Of a stretch of 64,000 bases of DNA, positions 57,546 to 64,000 are shown one piece after another. Made by a program: the position numbers and the translations under genes. Each line of letters opens with the position of its first letter. Position 1 is the stretch's first letter. The DNA is taken from positions 186,001-250,000 of IMG/VR virus record IMGVR_UViG_3300027621_000003; one strand, 5' to 3'. The notes under the pieces are model-generated. The model saw only the letters and a program-made list of their open reading frames with translations, was not told the origin of the DNA and ran no database searches.

Positions 57546-58203
57546 GAACTACCTTGTTGTTTTGTTTAAAAATAAGTCAAAGAAAAGGATAATCAATAAA
57601 TTTATGACTTCCAAAAAAGCGTCTGACTTTTATAAAAATTTATTGGATGAAAACGAAGATATAATCTTTGATACCAAAACACAAAATGGTAGTCCAGTTA
57701 AGTACGAATTGGCTCTCCTTGAAAAGAAAGGTAATCAACTATTTCCTATATACACCAAAGATGAATACGGTAGAAATGTTAAATTGGAATTTGATAATGA
57801 TGAATATAACATCATTAAAATATCAGAATACAGGGAACCTGAACTCATTCACGATTACCAAACAAAAAACAAAATTAATGTTAATACGTTCTTAAGTAAG
57901 TATTTGTCTAAACAAGGTGTTAAGATGGTATCTAAATTGAATAACAAGATTATTGTTCAGAATGAAGAGGACATTAATTTGTTTGTTCTTAAATCTGATA
58001 ATGACGCATTAAGATTCATTGAAAGTTTAACTGAAAGATTTGTTAAATTAAAAAGGGGTGACTGTATGTTTGTAAATGACTCATCAGGACCTCAAAAGAA
58101 ATATTTGTATAATTTACTTGAAGAAAAAGGTTTCAATAAAGATTTCCTTTATAGAAAGGAAACCACTTATTCTGTGGGTTCTTCCAATTTATTTAAAATG
58201 TAA
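57544..58203 (+). CDS. Hypothetical protein
   Basis: 219-aa ORF divergent from dnaJ. Confidence 0.7.
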   Translation: MNYLVVLFKNKSKKRIINKFMTSKKASDFYKNLLDENEDIIFDTKTQNGSPVKYELALLEKKGNQLFPIYTKDEYGRNVKLEFDNDEYNIIKISEYREPELIHDYQTKNKINVNTFLSKYLSKQGVKMVSKLNNKIIVQNEEDINLFVLKSDNDALRFIESLTERFVKLKRGDCMFVNDSSGPQKKYLYNLLEEKGFNKDFLYRKETTYSVGSSNLFKM

Positions 58204-58403
58204 ATAAATTCTACATTAGAAATATCAATCTTAAATTTTTCGTTTTTTCTATCAATTTCTCTAAACATACTCAAAGTTGATAGATACTCTTCCTTATCTA
58301 ATTCAAATATAATTGTAGCCTTACCACGGTATATATCAGTAACTCTATCGGCAATTTCCGCTAAATCACTTAAAACCCCAAACTCTTTTTTATTCTCGTC
58401 CAT
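58167..58403 (-). CDS. Hypothetical protein
   Basis: ORF track. Confidence 0.6.
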   Translation of the reverse strand: MDENKKEFGVLSDLAEIADRVTDIYRGKATIIFELDKEEYLSTLSMFREIDRKNEKFKIDISNVEFIYILNKLEEPTE

Positions 58404-58552
58404 AATGTATATTTTTTAATTACGATAATATCTTCTTTCTTCAAACCTTTTATAGAATTAATCATTTGTTGTTTGTAGTTGTCAACAAATACTTTGTCTT
58501 TGGCTTGTTCTTTTTTTAACCAATCATCTTCAATTTTCAACTTCTTGCTCAT
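58370..58552 (-). CDS. Small hypothetical protein
   Basis: ORF track. Confidence 0.55.
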   Translation of the reverse strand: MSKKLKIEDDWLKKEQAKDKVFVDNYKQQMINSIKGLKKEDIIVIKKYTLWTRIKKSLGF

Positions 58553-58949
58553 CTTTCAACAAATGGTCTAATTCATCCATATCATCATGTTCAAGATTAA
58601 TTTTCAATCCTTTGAGTTCATCTAAACTTGATGTTTTAAATATTTCTTTTAACTCCATAACTTTGGATTTAAGTAGTCTTTCTTTCTCTTCTCTTTCAAG
58701 GTTGTGGTTAATAAGTTCGGCAATTACTTCAACCATATGATTAAAGTCATCATTTAATTGACTAACAAAGATTAAAAAATAACCTTCACCAGTATATTTT
58801 TCATTTTGTTCAACCTGTGCTTTTTGTAAAATTTCATTTGGAAACTCCCAAGTCTTCGGGAAAATCAACTCAACACTAACATAAGTTTTTAGTTTTCTTA
58901 TGCCGTGAAAATATGGGAATAAATATTGTAATACTTCTTGGAATGTCAT
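58530..58949 (-). CDS. Hypothetical protein
   Basis: ORF track. Confidence 0.65.
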   Translation of the reverse strand: MTFQEVLQYLFPYFHGIRKLKTYVSVELIFPKTWEFPNEILQKAQVEQNEKYTGEGYFLIFVSQLNDDFNHMVEVIAELINHNLEREEKERLLKSKVMELKEIFKTSSLDELKGLKINLEHDDMDELDHLLKDEQEVEN

Positions 58950-59125
58950 GATAAAATGTATGTGATTAAATATGATAATGCGATGGCGTTAATTAAGCGG
59001 TCCTTATCAGTCATTACAAATTTAGTAGGGACTGACAAGGCTAACGCGAAATTGGTTAATGTTCTCATAAGTATTAAAGATGAGAATACAGATAGAAATA
59101 ATAATATAGGTACTATATTAATCAT
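58946..59125 (-). CDS. Small membrane protein
   Basis: Hydrophobic; start corrected to MINIV. Confidence 0.5.
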   Translation of the reverse strand: MINIVPILLFLSVFSSLILMRTLTNFALALSVPTKFVMTDKDRLINAIALSYLITYILS

Positions 59126-59294
59126 TCTGTTTTTTGTTTTCAAGGATTTCACCTCTTAGTTGTTGCAAAAGCGCTTTCATATCTTGAGAAAGTTTACGAG
59201 CTCTTGTACCCGCACTTTTGTTACCTTTGAAGAATTTTGTAGTATCTACAGAAAGTTCTTCCATTAAGACTTTAAGTTGTTCTAATGTTTCCAT
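59118..59294 (-). CDS. Histone H1-like (Hc1 family) protein, 58 aa, absent from the ORF track
   Basis: Hand-translated: METLEQLK...KFFKGNKSAGTRARKLSQDMK..LR.EI. Confidence 0.8.
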   Translation of the reverse strand: METLEQLKVLMEELSVDTTKFFKGNKSAGTRARKLSQDMKALLQQLRGEILENKKQND

Positions 59295-59360
59295 GTTTTT
59301 TTTTAAATTTAATTAAATCATAATTTTTTATTGCTGGTAGTAAATAAAATAAAGGTTTTT

Positions 59361-59828
59361 TTATACTAAGTTTTTATTTAAAAGTTTGTAAATGTCTGTT
59401 ACCATATCCAAATCTGATTTAGTATAAACTTTTGTTTCGTCAAATAACTCATCAAAAAATTTATTAATGTTTTCAGATATTGTTTTATTATCAGGGTTAT
59501 AAAATAAATCCTCATAAAAATTCTGATAATACTCTTTATGGTCACCATTAGTTTTGAACCTAATATTTTCTTTAGCAAAATTTTCCACTGTCTTGGACCA
59601 GCACCAATCAAAGTGTGAATTTTTTTCTTCTTGGGATAATAAAACTCTGGTTTCAGTTGCATCTTCGGGTTCATTACCCAAATAGGTTTCTTTTATTAAA
59701 GAATCCAAACTAAACGTAAAATCTGCAAATAATTCACGTTTCTCATAAATCATATTGTTCATGTTGAACCAAACTTCAACATCTTCCCGAGTTACAGGCT
59801 TCATCATCCAAGAATAAAAATTCTCCAT
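59361..59828 (-). CDS. Hypothetical protein
   Basis: TYLG...HFDWCW..TVENF..E.I.F. Confidence 0.7.
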   Translation of the reverse strand: MENFYSWMMKPVTREDVEVWFNMNNMIYEKRELFADFTFSLDSLIKETYLGNEPEDATETRVLLSQEEKNSHFDWCWSKTVENFAKENIRFKTNGDHKEYYQNFYEDLFYNPDNKTISENINKFFDELFDETKVYTKSDLDMVTDIYKLLNKNLV

Positions 59829-59876
59829 AGAAAGGTATCTATGGAGAATATAAGTATAATCTTTATTAAATGTATA

Positions 59877-61343
59877 TTATTGAGTTTTTTTCTTGTAACC
59901 CAAAAGATGTTTCATTTTGTCCATCTCTTCGTTAATCAATTTACTCTTTTTGTTATCAGATTCGCCAAGTTTATTGAAAAGGCTATCCAAAGAATTATTG
60001 TGAGTTTCTTCACCCGCTTGGTCAACTGGTTGTGGTACTCTATTATAAGACCTATTCTTTTCTGCTCCGTATAAGTTTTTCTTTCTCTTAGCATTAATCT
60101 TCTTACCTAAACCTGTATCAATAGCGTTTCCACCAGCTCCGTTTCCTGTCTTAGAAGAACCTTCAATGTTCGCCTTTAACCAATCTTCATTTGGTTTAAT
60201 CTCATCGTATTGTAAGTTTTCCATACCAGGTGAATAAGCAAAGTTCTCAATGTATTCCTCAACAGCACTTGATGGTGTGTATGCCTTCTTAGTCATTTTA
60301 GCTAACTCACCATTACCTTTTGGAAATTGTGTTGGGTTTGCATCGTACTTACCTTTAGAAGCATCTTTTAAATAAGTCTGCATTTTTTTAGTAACAGATT
60401 TAATATAATCATCATTTTCAGTCTTTGATGATTTTAATGATTTGTTAGTTACAGGAACCGTAGTCTGTTCGTTAACAATTTTTTCAATCAAATCAATAAG
60501 TTCATCCTCTGTAAGTTGAATTGATTCTTTTACAGGATATGTTTTACCATCAACCTCAAAAGATTTATCACCACTTTTTTTAGCGTTTGCTAAAGCTCCC
60601 GAAAATTCATTACCCTCTTCCATTTCCCCATCTTCTGAGTCTTTTGGGTCTTTGTCAAATCTACCTTGACCAGGTCCAACATAGTGCCAACCTCTAATAT
60701 CGTCATAATCATATCCTATATTTCCTAAATATGGATTTTCTTTTTTATCTTTTTCACGAGCAACTTCAGGGTCTTCCTTTTTACCAAACATTTTCTTGAA
60801 CATGTTTTCATCAACTTCACCCTCACTGAATTCTTTAGATACTTTTCTTTCGTATTTGTCACCAACATTTTTTACTTTGTGTGGTGTTTTAATTTGTTTT
60901 TCGTAATCAGCATTTGGTAACATATCATCATAACTTAAATCATCATCAGTCGCTGTATCACCAAATGAATATTCATTGATGTCTTCTTTAACGAATTTAG
61001 TACCTCTATATAAAGGTTCGTTCTTAGATAATTTGTTTGCCTCAGACCATCCTTGACCATCACTTTTATCATCCCAATTTTCATCAACATCACCTGAAAC
61101 AATCTCACCATGTTCAAATCCTGCTTGTGTTTTTGATTTTTGTTTCTTACTTCTTAATTTTTCAAAATCAGCTGCGGTTATTTTACCTTTTGGTTCTGCA
61201 ACATCAATTTTTTTCTGACCACCATGAAGTGATTCTGTAATGCCATTTTTAGCTTTGTTAAGTATATTATCAGCTTTAAAACTAATTGCTTCAGCTAAAA
61301 CTTTTGATACTATTTCATCAATATGTGTTTCAATGTTTCTCAT
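59877..61343 (-). CDS. Large low-complexity modular protein (putative virion internal protein)
   Basis: LHGGQKKIDVA..GKIT.ADF, EGNEFSGAL..AK..FEVDGKTY and internal LTEDEL..LIEKIVNEQ modules. Confidence 0.7.
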   Translation of the reverse strand: MRNIETHIDEIVSKVLAEAISFKADNILNKAKNGITESLHGGQKKIDVAEPKGKITAADFEKLRSKKQKSKTQAGFEHGEIVSGDVDENWDDKSDGQGWSEANKLSKNEPLYRGTKFVKEDINEYSFGDTATDDDLSYDDMLPNADYEKQIKTPHKVKNVGDKYERKVSKEFSEGEVDENMFKKMFGKKEDPEVAREKDKKENPYLGNIGYDYDDIRGWHYVGPGQGRFDKDPKDSEDGEMEEGNEFSGALANAKKSGDKSFEVDGKTYPVKESIQLTEDELIDLIEKIVNEQTTVPVTNKSLKSSKTENDDYIKSVTKKMQTYLKDASKGKYDANPTQFPKGNGELAKMTKKAYTPSSAVEEYIENFAYSPGMENLQYDEIKPNEDWLKANIEGSSKTGNGAGGNAIDTGLGKKINAKRKKNLYGAEKNRSYNRVPQPVDQAGEETHNNSLDSLFNKLGESDNKKSKLINEEMDKMKHLLGYKKKTQ

Positions 61344-61368
61344 TGTAATTTTATTTATAAATACTTTA

Positions 61369-62019
61369 TTATTTTTGTTTAATTGTCTTTAACTCTAATT
61401 CGTGTTGAATTATTGCTTTGATTACGTTTTCATGAATTCCCATTTTTTTAGATAAATTAGTAATTGATTCTTTAACTAACTTATTTTCATATAATTTTAG
61501 CGCATTAATATCGCCTTGATTACAATATGGAAACGTTTGGCATTTCTTTTTTATTTGTACAAATTTACCACCAGGTATTTGAGTTTTAGACGCTCCTCTC
61601 CAATTCTTTTTATTTGGTGCCACCCAACCTGGTGTTGAGTATTGTCCTGATGATGAAGAACTTGTTGCTTCAGTTGTTTCACCACCCTCTATACTTTCCT
61701 GAACTTTAGTAACAGGGTCCTTTGGAGTTGCAAGAGAGAATAAAGGTGCTGAGTATTGTCCTGAAGATGCTGTGCTAGTGGCTTCAACGGCTTCTTTTTT
61801 CTTTTTTCCTTGACAATGAGCCTTTTGACTAAACCCTTTTGGATTACTGCAGTCAATACTACTTTTATATTTTTGACTCCATTTTTCGTCAATTTCAGTT
61901 TCTTCTCCTACAGATTTTTTAAAATTATTAAGTTGCTTTGAAGTCTCTGATGTTTTATCAGAATTTCTTCTTAGTGAAGATTCAACACTACTTACCAATT
62001 TTTTAGTCATATTATCCAT
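61369..62019 (-). CDS. Modular protein with a KWSQKYKxSIDCSNPKGFSQKAHC module
   Basis: Module recognised from T4-like phages; repeated EATSxxSSGQYSxP. Confidence 0.7.
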   Translation of the reverse strand: MDNMTKKLVSSVESSLRRNSDKTSETSKQLNNFKKSVGEETEIDEKWSQKYKSSIDCSNPKGFSQKAHCQGKKKKEAVEATSTASSGQYSAPLFSLATPKDPVTKVQESIEGGETTEATSSSSSGQYSTPGWVAPNKKNWRGASKTQIPGGKFVQIKKKCQTFPYCNQGDINALKLYENKLVKESITNLSKKMGIHENVIKAIIQHELELKTIKQK

Positions 62020-62264
62020 TACGCATTTTTTAATCTACCTTGCCACATACTTCTTTGTTGGTACATCATACCATAAAATTCTGTAAACATTTTTATGACC
62101 AAGTCTTTAATTTCTTTCTCACTCTTACCTCGTTTCATATCCTTTATGACAATATCCAACAATTTATCCTCAAATTGTTTTACTGTATTTGTCCCAATAA
62201 AATCTTTAATTTCTTTACGAACTAAAGTTTCAATTTCTTTTTTTTCTGGTGCGGTTAGTGCCAT
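62019..62264 (-). CDS. Hypothetical protein
   Basis: Start corrected (TATTTAT at 62269-62275). Confidence 0.65.
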   Translation of the reverse strand: MALTAPEKKEIETLVRKEIKDFIGTNTVKQFEDKLLDIVIKDMKRGKSEKEIKDLVIKMFTEFYGMMYQQRSMWQGRLKNA

Positions 62265-62277
62265 GTTTATAAATATC

Positions 62278-62709
62278 TTATAAGAACAATATTGATAGAA
62301 TAACACTTAAAATACCACCACCAATTGCAATATTTTTTAATCTTTTTTGTTTATCCGCCTCACTTTTATAAAAATTACCTCTTTCTTCGTGTTCTGCATC
62401 AATTTTTTTAATCTGTTTTACATTATCTTCCAATAAAATAATTTCTTGATTTTTATTTAAAATAATTGTGTCTTGTTGATAATTGACACTATCTAACAAA
62501 GAAATTGAGTCTCTAGCAATTTTAAGTTGATTATAACAATAATCATATTTAACTTTTAATTTGAGCGCGTTCTTTAAAGCACTACATGGAACAATACAAT
62601 TATCATTTGAAGGTGTTTGAGAATACACGGATGATATCATCATTAGACATATCATTAATAATATCCAATTCTTCTTTATACTTTTTTTCATAAAATTTAG
62701 ATTTTTCAT
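62278..62709 (-). CDS. Envelope coiled-coil protein (spanin-like candidate)
   Basis: Signal-like N-terminus, coiled coil, C-terminal TM; overlaps the next gene. Confidence 0.5.
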   Translation of the reverse strand: MKNLNFMKKSIKKNWILLMICLMMISSVYSQTPSNDNCIVPCSALKNALKLKVKYDYCYNQLKIARDSISLLDSVNYQQDTIILNKNQEIILLEDNVKQIKKIDAEHEERGNFYKSEADKQKRLKNIAIGGGILSVILSILFL

Positions 62710-62941
62710 TTAATTTTGTTAATTTGTACGACAATTCACCAATTTTTTTTTGTCTATCACTATTTTCTAACCGTAATGAATCATAAAGTTTATTATTGTT
62801 TTCTACAATAAGACTTAAAGAATCAATTCTTTTTTGAAACGACTTCTCATCAAATTTTGATGGTATTTGTATTTTAGTCAGAATTAAAATTCCAATTAAA
62901 ATAATAATAATTAGAATCCAAAAAATTTCTCTATTTTTCAT
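62603..62941 (-). CDS. N-terminal-TM coiled-coil protein (i-spanin-like candidate)
   Basis: IFWILIIIILIGILIL followed by a coiled coil. Confidence 0.5.
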   Translation of the reverse strand: MKNREIFWILIIIILIGILILTKIQIPSKFDEKSFQKRIDSLSLIVENNNKLYDSLRLENSDRQKKIGELSYKLTKLNEKSKFYEKKYKEELDIINDMSNDDIIRVFSNTFK

Positions 62942-63564
62942 TATTGGTCCTCTTCTGAAGTTTGAGTTTTTTTCCTAGCAGCCAATACTTTAGCCCATTT
63001 TGTTTTAAACTTTTGAAAGTATCCTTTAAGTTTTGTAATAAAATTTAAAAACTCATCATCAACTCTACTCATAGTACCATTTATGTAAACACCATTGTTT
63101 TCACCAATAGAGTAGAAAAATTCTAAATCTTGGTCAATAACTTTACCAGACCATTCAACTGATGTTGGGTATACATTTAATGGGTAAAAATCAACCATTT
63201 CAGAAACTTCATTTATAAACTCATCCATAGTTTCTTGGTAAGCTCTTTTTTCCTCAGTAGTAATTTCTAAATCACCTTTATTTTTACCATGCATTACTAA
63301 CACACCACCTGATACACGATAGGCTTGTTGTTTATCTTCTTTTGGGTTTGCAGACATTTCAAGTTCTTCTTCAGTATCAGCCGCTAAATTAGGTCTTGGA
63401 CTACCTAAAGTATTACTAGCACTTTCATAACCTTCAGAACCTTGTTCAGTAAGTAATCCACTTTTTTTCAAAGTATTTCTAACTTCATTTAATAAGGTGT
63501 CATCACCTCTCATTGCTCTTGATGATTCCAAGAGTTTTTTTATTTCATCATACGAGTTGCTCAT
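62941..63564 (-). CDS. Hypothetical protein
   Basis: Probable start MSNSYDEIKKLLESS. Confidence 0.7.
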   Translation of the reverse strand: MSNSYDEIKKLLESSRAMRGDDTLLNEVRNTLKKSGLLTEQGSEGYESASNTLGSPRPNLAADTEEELEMSANPKEDKQQAYRVSGGVLVMHGKNKGDLEITTEEKRAYQETMDEFINEVSEMVDFYPLNVYPTSVEWSGKVIDQDLEFFYSIGENNGVYINGTMSRVDDEFLNFITKLKGYFQKFKTKWAKVLAARKKTQTSEEDQ

Positions 63565-64000
63565 TTTTAATATATGTTGTAAATTTTTCAAAATTAAATG
63601 CCGGACTTACATCGGTATATATTGTTTCAAAGTTACTTTTGGATACAATCCCACCTAACTTATCTACGTTATCTATCTTTGTATTATGACCAATACACTT
63701 TTTTTCTATTTTATGTTCTGTTACTAATTTTATACAAAGTTCAGCCGCGGATTGCATTTGAATCTCTGTGTAAGGTTCCCATAAAAAGTAATCTCTCCAT
63801 TTCTTTTCATAAGCACTTCCTTTATAAATATTACCAATCCAGTTAGTGTAATAATCTTTTAACGGAACTTTTTCTAACCAACCAAGATTTTCAAAGGAAA
63901 CTATAATTGAGTTTCTATTAAAATTAGGTTCAGTAAAATAATTTGAGTAGGCTTCATCAGAAAGAGTTTGAATTATCTTTCCATCTTTAGTCACAATATA
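63548..64000 (-). CDS. N-acetylmuramoyl-L-alanine amidase-like protein, 5' part outside the window
   Basis: IVTKDGKIIQ, SIIVSFEN.G, YT..Q..S...L, IGH and DVSPAF. Catalytic residues not fully visible. Confidence 0.6.
   Translation of the reverse strand, partial: YIVTKDGKIIQTLSDEAYSNYFTEPNFNRNSIIVSFENLGWLEKVPLKDYYTNWIGNIYKGSAYEKKWRDYFLWEPYTEIQMQSAAELCIKLVTEHKIEKKCIGHNTKIDNVDKLGGIVSKSNFETIYTDVSPAFNFEKFTTYIKNEQLV

Noticed and set aside
1354-63846. Numerous 60-140 aa opposite-strand or alternate-frame ORFs (for example 1354-1659, 4133-4549, 13124-13474, 33719-34078, 40646-40993)
   Set aside because: Shadows of well-supported genes or of non-coding repeats, with no motifs and no promoter context.
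1-64000. Stop-codon reassignment as in some megaphages
   Set aside because: Known enzymes are full length under code 11 and coding density is high.

Overview
AT-rich, gene-dense segment, mostly on the minus strand, that reads as part of a jumbo/mega-phage genome (standard genetic code). The host is probably in Bacteroidota/Flavobacteriia, judged from recurrent TAnnTTTG promoter elements, three T9SS-sorted proteins and DUF2452/Hc1-type genes. Contents: (i) a G/C-run-rich origin-like region with four perfect DnaA boxes (~2.45-4.27 kb); (ii) many hypothetical proteins sharing a few N-terminal leader types, mostly preceded by a TATTTAT motif (candidate late, capsid-packaged proteins); (iii) auxiliary metabolic genes (nuoB, rfbC, ppsA, type II glutamine synthetase, guanylate kinase, Trx/Grx, DnaJ, NUDIX); (iv) a tandem array of small genes joined by a 14-nt start/stop junction repeat, ending in a T9SS gene; (v) an RNA-repair set (two RNA ligases, P-loop kinase, phosphoesterases); (vi) three DNA methyltransferases plus HNH and GIY-YIG-type nucleases; (vii) an ~880-nt ORF-free, GNRA-rich structured RNA with its own promoter, boxA-like site and terminator (GOLLD-like); (viii) lysis-type genes. 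No tRNA, rRNA or CRISPR array was seen. Many ORF-track starts are too far upstream because they read through promoter motifs, so corrected starts are given where supported. All family assignments come from motif recognition, not database searches.
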